Source: Eledone cirrhosa (Eukaryota). From it: a stretch of DNA of 64,000 bases. Positions 26,286-41,726 of the stretch are shown piece after piece. The stretch is from assembly GCA_964016885.1 (NCBI GenBank), contig OZ024741.1, forward strand, positions 244,032,001 through 244,096,000, read 5' to 3'. Within the stretch, counting starts at the first letter, position 1, and each line of letters starts with the position of its first letter. The position numbers were made by a program, and so were the translations under genes. The notes beneath the pieces were generated by a model that worked only from the letters and a program-made list of their open reading frames with translations, did no database searches and had not been told where the DNA came from.

Positions 26286-29200
26286 GACTTCAGCTTCCTC
26301 ATTTAGCATGGGCAGCTTTTCTTGAAAATCACACCACACACAGCAAATGTGTGTCTGCACATTTCCCAGTAATTACAGATCGATCCGACCACGGGCGGCC
26401 GGCCCACGATCGAAAAGGTAACTCCGCCGGCAAATCCGCATTTTTGTGATTCGTTTCTTCGAAGCACACCATTCGCCGCCGGACTTCAGCTTCCTCATTT
26501 AGCATGGGCAGCTTTTCTTGAAAATCACACCACACACAGCAAATGTGTGTCTGCACATGTACCAGTAATTACAGATCGATCCGACAACGGCCGGCCGGCC
26601 CACGATCGAAAAGGTAACTCCGCCGGCAAAGTCGCATTTTTGTGATTCGTTTCTTCGAAGCACACCATTCGCTGGTGGACTTCAGCTTCCTCATTTAGCA
26701 TGGGCAGCTTTTCTTGAAAATCACACCACACACAGCAAATGTGTCTCTGCACATGTACTAGTAATTACAGATCGATCCGACCACGGGCCACCGGCCCACG
26801 ATCGAAAAGGTAACTCCGGCGGCAAATTCGCATTTTTGTGATTCATTTCTTCGAAGCACAACATTCGCTGGTGGACTTCAGCTTCCTCATTTAGCATGGG
26901 CAGCTTTTCTTGAAAATCACACCACACACAGCCAATGAGTGTCTGCACAGGTACCAGTAATTACAGATCGATCCGACCACGGGCGGCCTGCCCACGATCG
27001 AAAAGGTAACTCCGCCGGCAAATCCGCATTTTTGTGATTCGTTTCTTCGAAGCACACCATTCGCTGGTGGACTTCAGCTTCCTCATTTAGCATGGGCAGC
27101 TTTTCTTGAAAATCACACCACACACAGCAATTGTGTGTCTGCACATGTACCAGTACGTACAGATCGATCCGACCACGGGCGGCCGGCCCACATTCGAAAA
27201 GGTTACTCCGCCTGCAAATCGTCATTTTCGGATTCGTTTTCTTCGAAGCACACCATTCGCCGGCGGACTTCAGCTGCCTCATTTAGCATGGGCAGCTTTT
27301 CTTGAAAATCACACCACACACAGCAAATGTGTCTCTGCACATGTACTAGTAATTACAGATCGATCCGACCACGGACGGCTGGCCCACCATCGAAAAGGAA
27401 ACTCCGCCGGCAAATCCTAATTTTTGTGATTCGTTTTTTCGAAGCACACCATTCGCCGGTGGACTTCAGCTTCCTCATTTAGCATGGGCAGCTTTTCTTG
27501 AAAATCACACCACACACAGCAAATGTGTGTCTGCACATTTCCCAGTAATTACAGATCGATCCGACCACGGGCGGCCGGCCCACGATCGAAAAGGTAACTC
27601 CGCCGGCAAATCCGCATTTTTGTGATTCGTTTCTTCGAAGCACACCATTCGCCGCCGGACTTCAGCTTCCTCATTTAGCATGGGCAGCTTTTCTTGAAAA
27701 TCACACCACACACAGCAAATGTGTGTCTGCACATGTACCAGTAATTACAGATCGATCCGACAACGGCCGGCCGGCCCACGATCGAAAAGGTAACTCCGCC
27801 GGCAAAGTCGCATTTTTGTGATTCGTTTCTTCGAAGCACACCATTCGCTGGTGGACTTCAGCTTCCTCATTTAGCATGGGCAGCTTTTCTTGAAAATCAC
27901 ACCACACACAGCAAATGTGTCTCTGCACATGTACTAGTAATTACAGATCGATCCGACCACGGGCCACCGGCCCACGATCGAAAAGGTAACTCCGGCGGCA
28001 AATTCGCATTTTTGTGATTCATTTCTTCGAAGCACAACATTCGCTGGTGGACTTCAGCTTCCTCATTTAGCATGGGCAGCTTTTCTTGAAAATCACACCA
28101 CACACAGCCAATGAGTCTCTGCACAGGTACCAGTAATTACAGATCGATCCGACCACGGGCGGCCTGCCCACGATCGAAAAGGTAACTCCGCCGGCAAATC
28201 CGCATTTTTGTGATTCGTTTCTTCGAAGCACACCATTCGCTGGTGGACTTCAGCTTCCTCATTTAGCATGGGCAGCTTTTCTTGAAAATCACACCACACA
28301 CAGCAATTGTGTGTCTGCACATGTACCAGTACGTACAGATCGATCCGACCACGGGCGGCCGGCCCACATTCGAAAAGGTTACTCCGCCTGCAAATCGTCA
28401 TTTTCGGATTCGTTTTCTTCGAAGCACACCATTCGCCGGCGGACTTCAGCTGCCTCATTTAGCATGGGCAGCTTTTCTTGAAAATCACACCACACACAGC
28501 AAATGTGTCTCTGCACATGTACTAGTAATTACAGATCGATCCGACCACGGACGGCTGGCCCACCATCGAAAAGGAAACTCCGCCGGCAAATCCTAATTTT
28601 TGTGATTCGTTTTTTCGAAGCACACCATTCGCCGGTGGACTTCAGCTTCCTCATTTAGCATGGGCAGCTTTTCTTGAAAATCACACCACACACAGCAAAT
28701 GTGTGTCTGCACATTTCCCAGTAATTACAGATCGATCCGACCACGGGCGGCCGGCCCACGATCGAAAAGGTAACTCCGCCGGCAAATCCGCATTTTTGTG
28801 ATTCGTTTCTTCGAAGCACACCATTCGCCGCCGGACTTCAGCTTCCTCATTTAGCATGGGCAGCTTTTCTTGAAAATCACACCACACACAGCAAATGTGT
28901 GTCTGCACATGTACCAGTAATTACAGATCGATCCGACAACGGCCGGCCGGCCCACGATCGAAAAGGTAACTCCGCCGGCAAAGTCGCATTTTTGTGATTC
29001 GTTTCTTCGAAGCACACCATTCGCTGGTGGACTTCAGCTTCCTCATTTAGCATGGGCAGCTTTTCTTGAAAATCACACCACACACAGCAAATGTGTCTCT
29101 GCACATGTACTAGTAATTACAGATCGATCCGACCACGGGCCACCGGCCCACGATCGAAAAGGTAACTCCGGCGGCAAATTCGCATTTTTGTGATTCATTT

Positions 29201-29872
29201 CTTCGAAGCACAACATTCGCTGGTGGACTTCAGCTTCCTCATTTAGCATGGGCAGCTTTTCTTGAAAATCACACCACACACAGCCAATGAGTCTCTGCAC
29301 AGGTACCAGTAATTACAGATCGATCCGACCACGGGCGGCCTGCCCACGATCGAAAAGGTAACTCCGCCGGCAAATCCGCATTTTTGTGATTCGTTTCTTC
29401 GAAGCACACCATTCGCTGGTGGACTTCAGCTTCCTCATTTAGCATGGGCAGCTTTTCTTGAAAATCACACCACACACAGCAATTGTGTGTCTGCACATGT
29501 ACCAGTACGTACAGATCGATCCGACCACGGGCGGCCGGCCCACATTCGAAAAGGTTACTCCGCCTGCAAATCGTCATTTTCGGATTCGTTTTCTTCGAAG
29601 CACACCATTCGCCGGCGGACTTCAGCTGCCTCATTTAGCATGGGCAGCTTTTCTTGAAAATCACACCACACACAGCAAATGTGTCTCTGCACATGTACTA
29701 GTAATTACAGATCGATCCGACCACGGACGGCTGGCCCACCATCGAAAAGGAAACTCCGCCGGCAAATCCTAATTTTTGTGATTCGTTTTTTCGAAGCACA
29801 CCATTCGCCGGTGGACTTCAGCTTCCTCATTTAGCATGGGCAGCTTTTCTTGAAAATCACACCACACACAGC
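26286..29872 (+). repeat. 6-monomer higher-order repeat, period 1176 bp, three copies
   Basis: ORF triplets 26329/27505/28681, 26917/28093/29269 and 27106/28282/29458 are offset by 1176 = 6x196. Confidence 0.94.
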
Positions 29873-32800
29873 CAATGAGTGACTGCACATGTACCAGTAA
29901 TTACAGATCGATCCGACAACGGGCGGCCTGCCTACGATCGAAAAGGTAACTCCGCCGGCAAATTCGCATTTTTGTGATTCGTTTCTTCGAAGCACACCAT
30001 TCGCCGCCGGACTTCAGCTTCCTCATTTAGCATGGGCAGCTTTTCTTGAAAATCACACCACTCACAGCCAATGAGTCTCTGCACAGGTACCACTAATTAC
30101 AGATCGATACGGCCAGGGGCGGCCTGCCCACGATCGAAAAGGTAACTCCGCCGGCAAATCCGCATTTTTGTGATTCGTTTCTTCGAAGCACACCATTCGC
30201 CGCCGGACTTCAGCTTCCTCATTTAGCAGGGGCAGCTTTTCTTAAAAATCACACCACACTCAGCAAATGTGTGTCTGCACATGTACCAGTAATTACAGAT
30301 CGATCCGACCACGGGCGGCCTGCCTACGATCGAAAAGGTAACTCCGCCGGCAAATTCGCATTTTTGTGATTCGTTTCTTCGAAGCACACCATTCGCCGCC
30401 GGACTTCAGCTTCCTCATTTAGCAGGGGCAGCTTTTCTTAAAAATCACACCACACTCAGCAAATGTGTGTCTGCACATGTACCAGTAATTACAGATCGAT
30501 CCGACCACGGGCGGCCTGCCCACGATCGAAAAGGTAACTCCGCCGGCAAATTCGCATTTTTGTGATTCGTTTCTTCGAAGCACACCATTCGCTGGTGGAC
30601 TTCAGCTTCCTCATTTAACATGGGCAGCTTTTCTTGAAAATCACACCACACACAGCAAATGTGTGTCTGCACATGTACCACTAATTACAGATCGATACGA
30701 CCACGGGCGGCCTGCCCACGATCGAAAAGGTAACTCCGCCGGCAAATCCGCATTTTTGTGATTCGTTTCTTCGAAGCACACCATTCGCCGCCGGACTTCA
30801 GCTTCCTCATTTAGCATGGGCAGCTTTTCTTGAAAATCACACCACTCACAGACTATGAGTCTCTGCACATGTACCACTAATTACAGATCGATAGGACCAC
30901 GGGCGGCCTGCCCACGATCGAAAAGGTAACTCCGCCGGCAAATCCGCATTTTTGTGATTCGTTTCTTCGAAGCACACCATTCGCCGCCGGACTTCAGCTT
31001 CCTCATTTAGCATGGGCAGCTTTTCTTAAAAATCACACCACACTCAGCAAATGAGTGTCTGCACATGTACCAGTAATTACAGATCGATCCGACCACGGGC
31101 GGCCTGCCTACGATCGAAAAGGTAACTCCGCCGGCAAATTCGCATTTTTGTGATTCGTTTCTTCGAAGCACACCATTCGCCGCCGGACTTCAGCTTCCTC
31201 ATTTAGCATGGGCAGCTTTTCTTGAAAATCACACCACACACAGCAAATGTGTGTCTGCACAGGTACGAGTAATTACAGATCGATCCGACCACGGGCGGCC
31301 GGCCCACGATCGAAAAGGTAACTCCGCCGGCAAATCCGCATTTTTGTGATTCGTTTCTTCGAAGCACACCATTCGCCGCCGGACTTCAGCTTCCTCATTT
31401 AGCATGGGCAGCTTTTCTTGAAAATCACACCACACACAGCAAATGTGTGTCTGCACATTTCCCAGTAATTACAGATCGATCCGACCACGGGCGGCCGGCC
31501 CACGATCGAAAAGGTAACTCCGCCGGCAAATCCGCATTTTTGTGATTCGTTTCTTCGAAGCACTCCATTCGCCGCCGGACTTCAGCTTCCTCATTTAGCA
31601 TGGGCAGCTTTTCTTGAAAATCACACCACACACAGCAAATGTGTGTCTGCACATGTACCAGTAATTACAGATCGATCCGACAACGGCCGGCCGGCCCACG
31701 ATCGAAAAGGTAACTCCGCCGGCAAAGTCGCATTTTTGTGATTCGTTTCTTCGAAGCACACCATTCGCTGGTGGACTTCAGCTTCCTCATTTAGCATGGG
31801 CAGCTTTTCTTGAAAATCACACCACACACAGCAAATGTGTCTCTGCACATGTACTAGTAATTACAGATCGATCCGACCACGGGCCACCGGCCCACGATCG
31901 AAAAGGTAACTCCGGCGGCAAATTCGCATTTTTGTGATTCATTTCTTCGAAGCACAACATTCGCTGGTGGACTTCAGCTTCCTCATTTAGCATGGGCAGC
32001 TTTTCTTGAAAATCACACCACACACAGCCAATGAGTGTCTGCAAAGGTACCAGTAATTACAGATCGATCCGACCACGGGCGGCCTGCCCACGATCGAAAA
32101 GGTAACTCCGCCGGCAAATCCGCATTTTTGTGATTCGTTTCTTCGAAGCACACCATTCGCTGGTGGACTTCAGCTTCCTCATTTAGCATGGGCAGCTTTT
32201 CTTGAAAATCACACCACACACAGCAATTGTGTGTCTGCACATGTACCAGTACGTACAGATCGATCCGACCACGGGCGGCCGGCCCACATTCGAAAAGGTT
32301 ACTCCGCCTGCAAATCGTCATTTTCGGATTCGTTTTCTTCGAAGCACACCATTCGCCGGCGGACTTCAGCTGCCTCATTTAGCATGGGCAGCTTTTCTTG
32401 AAAATCACACCACACACAGCAAATGTGTCTCTGCACATGTACTAGTAATTACAGATCGATCCGACCACGGGCCACCGGCCCACGATCGAAAAGGTAACTC
32501 CGGCGGCAAATTCGCATTTTTGTGATTCATTTCTTCGAAGCACACCATTCGCTGGTGGACTTCAGCTTCCTCATTTAGCATGGGCAGCTTTTCTTGAAAA
32601 TCACACCACACACAGCCAATGAGTGACTGCACATGTACCAGTAATTACAGATCGATCCGACCACGGACGGCTGGCCCACGATCGAAAAGGTAACTCCGCC
32701 GGCAAATCCTAATTTTTGTGATTCGTTTCTTCGAAGCACACCATTCGCCGCCGGACTTCAGCTTCCTCATTTAGCATAAGCAGCTTTTCTTGAAAATCAC

Positions 32801-35800
32801 ACCACTCACAGCCAATGAGTCTCTGCACATGTACCACTAATTACAGATCGATACGACCACGGGCGGCCTGCCCACGATCGAAAAGGTAACTCCGCCGGCA
32901 AATCCGCATTTTTGTGATTCGTTTCTTCGAAGCACACCATTCGCCGCCGGACTTCAGCTTCCTCATTTAGCATGGGCAGCTTTTCTTGAAAATCACACCA
33001 CACACAGCCAATGAGTGGCTGCACATGTACCAGTAATTACAGATCGATCCGACCACGGGCGGCCTGCTTACGATCGAAAAGGTAACTCCGCCGGCAAATT
33101 CGCATTTTTGTGATTCGTTTCTTCGAAGCACACCATTCGCCGCCGGACTTCAGCTTCCTCATTTAGCATGGGCAGCTTTTCTTGAAAATCACACCACACA
33201 CAGCAAATGTGTGTCTGCACATGTACCAGTAATTACAGATCGATCCGACAACGGGCGGCCGGCCCACGATCGAAAAGGTAACTCCGCCGGCAAATTCGCA
33301 TATTTGTGATTCGTTTCTTCGAAGCACACCATTCGACGCCGGGCTTCAGCTTCCTCATTTAGCATGGGCAGCTTTTCTTGAAAATCACACCACACACAGC
33401 AAATGTGTGTCTGCAAATGTACCAGTACGTACAGATCGATCCGACCACGGGCGGCCGGCCCACATTCAAAAAGGTTACTCCGCCTGCAAATCGTCATTTT
33501 CGGATTCGTTTTCTTCGAAGCACACCATTCGCCGGCGGACTTCAGCTGCCTCATTTAACATGGGCAGTTTTTCTTGAAGATCACACCACACACCGCCAAT
33601 GAGTGTTTGCACATGTACCAGTAATTACAGATCGATCCGACCACGGGCGGCCGGCCCACGATCGAGAAAAAGGTAACTCCGCCGGCAAATAGTCATTTTT
33701 GTGATTCGTTTTCTTCGAAGCACACCATTCGCCGCCGGACTTCAGCTTCCTCATTTAGCATGGGCAGCTTTTCTTGAAAATCACACCACACACAGAAAAT
33801 GTGTGTCTGCACAGGTACCAGTAATTACAGATCGATCCGACCACGGGCGGCCTGCTTACGATCGAAAAGGTAACTCCGCCGGCAAATTCGCATTTTTGTG
33901 ATTCGTTTCTTCGAAGCACACCATTCGCCGCCGGGCTTCAGCTTCCTCATTTAGCATGGGCAGCTTTTCTTGAAAATCACACCACACACAGCAAATGAGT
34001 GTATGCACATGTACCAGTACGTACAGATCGATCTGACCACGGGCGGCCGGCCCACATTCGAAAAGGTTACTCCGCCTGCAAATCGTCATTTTCGGATTCG
34101 TTTTCTTCGAAGCACACCATTCGCCGGCGGACTTCAGCTGCCTCATTTAGCATGGGCAGCTTTTCTTGAAAATCACACCACACACAGCAACTGTGTCTCT
34201 GCACATGTACTAGTAATTACAGATCGATCCGACCACGGGCCACCGGCCCACGATCGAAAAGGTAACTCCGCCGGCAAATCCGCATTTTTGTGATTCGTTT
34301 CTTCGAAGCACACCATTCGCCGCCGGACTTCAGCTTCCTCATTTAGCATGGGCAGCTTTTCTTGAAAATCCCACCACTCACAGACTATGAGTCTCTGCAC
34401 ATGTACCACTAATTACAGATCGATACGACCACGGGCGGCCTGCCCACGATCGAAAAGGTAACTCCGCCGGCAAATCCGCATTTTTGTGATTCGTTTCTTC
34501 GAAGCACACCATTCGCCGCCGGACTTCAGCTTCCTCATTTAGCATGGGCAGCTTTTCTTAAAAATCACACCACACTCAGCAAATGAGTGTCTGCACATGT
34601 ACCAGTAATTACAGATCGATCCGACCACGGGCGGCCTGCCTACGATCGAAAAGGTAACTCCGCCGGCAAATTCGCATTTTTGTGATTCGTTTCTTCGAAG
34701 CACACCATTCGCCGCCGGACTTCAGCTTCCTCATTTAGCATGGGCAGCTTTTCTTGAAAATCACACCACACACAGCAAATGTGTGTCTGCACAGGTACGA
34801 GTAATTACAGATCGATCCGACCACGGGCGGCCGGCCCACGATCGAAAAGGTAACTCCGCCGGCAAATCCGCATTTTTGTGATTCGTTTCTTCGAAGCACA
34901 CCATTCGCCGCCGGACTTCAGCTTCCTCATTTAGCATGGGCAGCTTTTCTTGAAAATCACACCACACACAGCAAATGTGTGTCTGCACATTTCCCAGTAA
35001 TTACAGATCGATCCGACCACGGGCGGCCGGCCCACGATCGAAAAGGTAACTCCGCCGGCAAATCCGCATTTTTGTGATTCGTTTCTTCGAAGCACACCAT
35101 TCGCCGCCGGACTTCAGCTTCCTCATTTAGCATGGGCAGCTTTTCTTGAAAATCACACCACACACAGCAAATGTGTGTCTGCACATGTACCAGTAATTAC
35201 AGATCGATCCGACAACGGCCGGCCGGCCCACGATCGAAAAGGTAACTCCGCCGGCAAAGTCGCATTTTTGTGATTCGTTTCTTCGAAGCACACCATTCGC
35301 TGGTGGACTTCAGCTTCCTCATTTAGCATGGGCAGCTTTTCTTGAAAATCACACCACACACAGCAAATGTGTCTCTGCACATGTACTAGTAATTACAGAT
35401 CGATCCGACCACGGGCCACCGGCCCACGATCGAAAAGGTAACTCCGGCGGCAAATTCGCATTTTTGTGATTCATTTCTTCGAAGCACAACATTCGCTGGT
35501 GGACTTCAGCTTCCTCATTTAGCATGGGCAGCTTTTCTTGAAAATCACACCACACACAGCCAATGAGTGTCTGCACAGGTACCAGTAATTACAGATCGAT
35601 CCGACCACGGGCGGCCTGCCCACGATCGAAAAGGTAACTCCGCCGGCAAATCCGCATTTTTGTGATTCGTTTCTTCGAAGCACACCATTCGCTGGTGGAC
35701 TTCAGCTTCCTCATTTAGCATGGGCAGCTTTTCTTGAAAATCACACCACACACAGCAATTGTGTGTCTGCACATGTACCAGTACGTACAGATCGATCCGA

Positions 35801-38800
35801 CCACGGGCGGCCGGCCCACATTCGAAAAGGTTACTCCGCCTGCAAATCGTCATTTTCGGATTCGTTTTCTTCGAAGCACACCATTCGCCGGCGGACTTCA
35901 GCTGCCTCATTTAGCATGGGCAGCTTTTCTTGAAAATCACACCACACACAGCAAATGTGTCTCTGCACATGTACTAGTAATTACAGATCGATCCGACCAC
36001 GGACGGCTGGCCCACGATCGAAAAGGAAACTCCGCCGGCAAATCCTAATTTTTGTGATTCGTTTTTTCGAAGCACACCATTCGCCGGTGGACTTCAGCTT
36101 CCTCATTTAGCATGGGCAGCTTTTCTTGAAAATCACACCACACACAGCCAATGAGTGACTGCACATGTACCAGTAATTACAGATCGATCCGACAACGGGC
36201 GGCCTGCCTACGATCGAAAAGGTAACTCCGCCGGCAAATTCGCATTTTTGTGATTCGTTTCTTCGAAGCACACCATTCGCCGCCGGACTTCAGCTTCCTC
36301 ATTTAGCATGGGCAGCTTTTCTTGAAAATCACACCACTCACAGCCAATGAGTCTCTGCACAGGTACCACTAATTACAGATCGATACGACCAGGGGCGGCC
36401 TGCCCACGATCGAAAAGGTAACTCCGCCGGCAAATCCGCATTTTTGTGATTCGTTTCTTCGAAGCACACCATTCGCCGCCGGACTTCAGCTTCCTCATTT
36501 AGCAGGGGCAGCTTTTCTTAAAAATCACACCACACTCAGCAAATGTGTGTCTGCACATGTACCAGTAATTACAGATCGATCCGACCACGGGCGGCCTGCC
36601 CACGATCGAAAAGGTAACTCCGCCGGCAAATTCGCATTTTTGTGATTCGTTTCTTCGAAGCACACCATTCGCCGCCGGACTTCAGCTTCCTCATTTAGCA
36701 TGGGCAGCTTTTCTTGAAAATCACACCACACACAGCAAATGTGTGTCTGCACAGGTACGAGTAATTACAGATCGATCCGACCACGGGCGGCCGGCCCACG
36801 ATCGAAAAGGTAACTCCGCCGGCAAATCCGCATTTTTGTGATTCGTTTCTTCGAAGCACACCATTCGCCGCCGGACTTCAGCTTCCTCATTTAGCATGGG
36901 CAGCTTTTCTTGAAAATCACACCACACACAGCAAATGTGTGTCTGCACATTTCCCAGTAATTACAGATCGATCCGACCACGGGCGGCCGGCTCACGATCG
37001 AAAAGGTAACTCCGCCGGCAAATCCGCATTTTTGTGATTCGTTTCTTCGAAGCACACCATTCGCCGCCGGACTTCAGCTTCCTCATTTAGCATGGGCAGC
37101 TTTTCTTGAAAATCACACCACACACAGCAAATGTGTGTCTGCACATGTACCAGTAATTACAGATCGATCCGACAACGGCCGGCCGGCCCACGATCGAAAA
37201 GGTAACTCCGCCGGCAAAGTCGCATTTTTGTGATTCGTTTCTTCGAAGCACACCATTCGCTGGTGGACTTCAGCTTCCTCATTTAGCATGGGCAACTTTT
37301 CTTGAAAATCACACCACACACAGCAAATGTGTCTCTGCACATGTACTAGTAATTACAGATCGATCCGACCACGGGCCACCGGCCCACGATCGAAAAGGTA
37401 ACTCCGGCGGCAAATTCGCATTTTTGTGATTCATTTCTTCGAAGCACACCATTCGCTGGTGGACTTCAGCTTCCTCATTTAGCATGGGCAGCTTTTCTTG
37501 AAAATCACACCACACACAGCCAATGAGTGACTGCACATGTACCAGTAATTACAGATCGATCCGACCACGGACGGCTGGCCCACGATCGAAAAGGTAACTC
37601 CGCCGGCAAATCCTAATTTTTGTGATTCGTTTCTTCGAAGCACACCATTCGCCGCCGGACTTCAGCTTCCTCATTTAGCAGGGGCAGCTTTTCTTAAAAA
37701 TCACACCACACTCAGCAAATGTGTGTCTGCACATGTACCAGTAATTACAGATCGATCCGACCACGGGCGGCCTGCCCACGATCGAAAAGGTAACTCCGCC
37801 GGCAAATCCGCATTTTTGTGATTCGTTTCTTCGAAGCACACCATTCGCCGCCGGACTTCAGCTTCCTCATTTAGCATGGGCAGCTTTTCTTGAAAATCAC
37901 ACCACACACAGACTATGAGTCTCTGCACATGTACCACTAATTACAGATCGATACGACCACGGGCGGCCTGCCCACGATCGAAAAGGTAACTCCGCCGGCA
38001 AATCCGCATTTTTGTGATTCGTTTCTTCGAAGCACACCATTCGCCGCCGGACTTCAGCTTCCTCATTTAGCATGGGCAGCTTTTCTTAAAAATCACACCA
38101 CACTCAGCAAATGAGTGTCTGCACATGTACCAGTAATTACAGATCGATCCGACCACGGGCGGCCTGCCTACGATCGAAAAGGTAACTCCGCCGGCAAATC
38201 CGCATTTTTGTGATTCGTTTCTTCGAAGCACACCATTCGCTGGTGGACTTCAGCTTCCTCATTTAGCATGGGCAGCTTTTCTTGAAAATCACACCACACA
38301 CAGCAAATGAGTGTCTGCACAGGTACCAGTAATTACAGATCGATCCGACCACGGGCGGCCTGCCCACGATCGAAAAGGTAACTCCGCCGGCAAATCCGCA
38401 TTTTTGTGATTCGTTTCTTCGAAGCACACCATTCGCTGGTGGACTTCAGCTTCCTCATTTAGCATGGGCAGCTTTTCTTGAAAATCACACCACACACAGC
38501 AATTGTGTGTCTGCACATGTACCAGTACGTACAGATCGATCCGACCACGGGCGGCCGGCCCACATTCGAAAAGGTTACTCCGCCTGCAAATCGTCATTTT
38601 CGGATTCGTTTTCTTCGAAGCACACCATTCGCCGGCGGACTTCAGCTGCCTCATTTAGCATGGGCAGCTTTTCTTGAAAATCACACCACACACAGCAAAT
38701 GTGTCTCTGCACATGTACTAGTAATTACAGATCGATCCGACCACGGACGGCTGGCCCACCATCGAAAAGGAAACTCCGCCGGCAAATCCTAATTTTTGTG

Positions 38801-39464
38801 ATTCGTTTTTTCGAAGCACACCATTCGCCGGTGGACTTCAGCTTCCTCATTTAGCATGGGCAGCTTTTCTTGAAAATCACACCACACACAGCCAATGAGT
38901 GACTGCACATGTACCAGTAATTACAGATCGATCCGACAACGGGCGGCCTGCCTACGATCGAAAAGGTAACTCCGCCGGCAAATTCGCATTTTTGTGATTC
39001 GTTTCTTCGAAGCACACCATTCGCCGCCGGACTTCAGCTTCCTCATTTAGCATGGGCAGCTTTTCTTGAAAATCACACCACTCACAGCCAATGAGTCTCT
39101 GCACAGGTACCACTAATTACAGATCGATACGACCAGGGGCGGCCTGCCCACGATCGAAAAGGTAACTCCGCCGGCAAATCCGCATTTTTGTGATTCGTTT
39201 CTTCGAAGCACACCATTCGCCGCCGGACTTCAGCTTCCTCATTTAGCAGGGGCAGCTTTTCTTAAAAATTACACCACACTCAGCAAATGTGTGTCTGCAC
39301 ATGTACCAGTAATTACAGATCGATCCGACCGCGGGCGGCCTGCCCACGATCGAAAAGGTAACTCCGCCGGCAAATTCGCATTTTTGTGATTCGTTTCTTC
39401 GAAGCACACCATTCGCCGCCGGACTTCAGCTTCCTCATTTAGCATGGGCAGCTTTTCTTGAAAA

Positions 39465-41726
39465 TCACACCACACACAGCAAATGTGTCTCTGCACATGT
39501 ACTAGTAATTACAGATCGATCCGACCACGGGCCACCGGCCCACGATCGAAAAGGTAACTCCGGCGGCAAATTCGCATTTTTGTGATTCATTTCTTCGAAG
39601 CACACCATTCGCTGGTGGACTTCAGCTTCCTCATTTAGCATGGGCAGCTTTTCTTGAAAATCACACCACACACAGCCAATGAGTGACTGCACATGTACCA
39701 GTAATTACAGATCGATCCGACCACGGACGGCTGGCCCACGATCGAAAAGGTAACTCCGCCGGCAAATCCTAATTTTTGTGATTCGTTTCTTCGAAGCACA
39801 CCATTCGCCGCCGGACTTCAGCTTCCTCATTTAGCAGGGGCAGCTTTTCTTAAAAATCACACCACACTCAGCAAATGTGTGTCTGCACATGTACCAGTAA
39901 TTACAGATCGATCCGACCACGGGCGGCCTGCCCACGATCGAAAAGGTAACTCCGCCGGCAAATCCGCATTTTTGTGATTCGTTTCTTCGAAGCACACCAT
40001 TCGCCGCCGGACTTCAGCTTCCTCATTTAGCATGGGCAGCTTTTCTTGAAAATCACACCACACACAGACTATGAGTCTCTGCACATGTACCACTAATTAC
40101 AGATCGATACGACCACGGGCGGCCTGCCCACGATCGAAAAGGTAACTCCGCCGGCAAATCCGCATTTTTGTGATTCGTTTCTTCGAAGCACACCATTCGC
40201 CGCCGGACTTCAGCTTCCTCATTTAGCATGGGCAGCTTTTCTTAAAAATCACACCACACTCAGCAAATGAGTGTCTGCACATGTACCAGTAATTACAGAT
40301 CGATCCGACCACGGGCGGCCTGCCTACGATCGAAAAGGTAACTCCGCCGGCAAATTCGCATTTTTGTGATTCGTTTCTTCGAAGCACACCATTCGCCGCC
40401 GGACTTCAGCTTCCTCATTTAGCATGGGCAGCTTTTCTTGAAAATCACACCACACACAGCAAATGTGTGTCTGCACAGGTACGAGTAATTACAGATCGAT
40501 CCGACCACGGGCGGCCGGCCCACGATCGAAAAGGTAACTCCGCCGGCAAAGTCGCATTTTTGTGATTCGTTTCTTCGAAGCACACCATTCGCTGGTGGAC
40601 TTCAGCTTCCTCATTTAGCATGGGCAACTTTTCTTGAAAATCACACCACACACAGCAAATGTGTCTCTGCACATGTACTAGTAATTACAGATCGATCCGA
40701 CCACGGGCCACCGGCCCACGATCGAAAAGGTAACTCCGGCGGCAAATTCGCATTTTTGTGATTCATTTCTTCGAAGCACACCATTCGCTGGTGGACTTCA
40801 GCTTCCTCATTTAGCATGGGCAGCTTTTCTTGAAAATCACACCACACACAGCCAATGAGTGACTGCACATGTACCAGTAATTACAGATCGATCCGACCAC
40901 GGACGGCTGGCCCACGATCGAAAAGGTAACTCCGCCGGCAAATCCTAATTTTTGTGATTCGTTTCTTCGAAGCACACCATTCGCCGCCGGACTTCAGCTT
41001 CCTCATTTAGCAGGGGCAGCTTTTCTTAAAAATCACACCACACTCAGCAAATGTGTGTCTGCACATGTACCAGTAATTACAGATCGATCCGACCACGGGC
41101 GGCCTGCCCACGATCGAAAAGGTAACTCCGCCGGCAAATCCGCATTTTTGTGATTCGTTTCTTCGAAGCACACCATTCGCCGCCGGACTTCAGCTTCCTC
41201 ATTTAGCATGGGCAGCTTTTCTTGAAAATCACACCACACACAGACTATGAGTCTCTGCACATGTACCACTAATTACAGATCGATACGACCACGGGCGGCC
41301 TGCCCACGATCGAAAAGGTAACTCCGCCGGCAAATCCGCATTTTTGTGATTCGTTTCTTCGAAGCACACCATTCGCCGCCGGACTTCAGCTTCCTCATTT
41401 AGCATGGGCAGCTTTTCTTAAAAATCACACCACACTCAGCAAATGAGTGTCTGCACATGTACCAGTAATTACAGATCGATCCGACCACGGGCGGCCTGCC
41501 TACGATCGAAAAGGTAACTCCGCCGGCAAATTCGCATTTTTGTGATTCGTTTCTTCGAAGCACACCATTCGCCGCCGGACTTCAGCTTCCTCATTTAGCA
41601 TGGGCAGCTTTTCTTGAAAATCACACCACACACAGCAAATGTGTGTCTGCACAGGTACGAGTAATTACAGATCGATCCGACCACGGGCGGCCGGCCCACG
41701 ATCGAAAAGGTAACTCCGCCGGCAAA
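39465..41726 (+). repeat. 6-monomer tandem duplication, period 1176 bp, with a different monomer set from the 26-30 kb block
   Basis: ORF pairs 39465/40641 and 39857/41033 are offset by 1176. The same monomer run also starts at 37309 (offset 2156 = 11x196). Confidence 0.85.
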
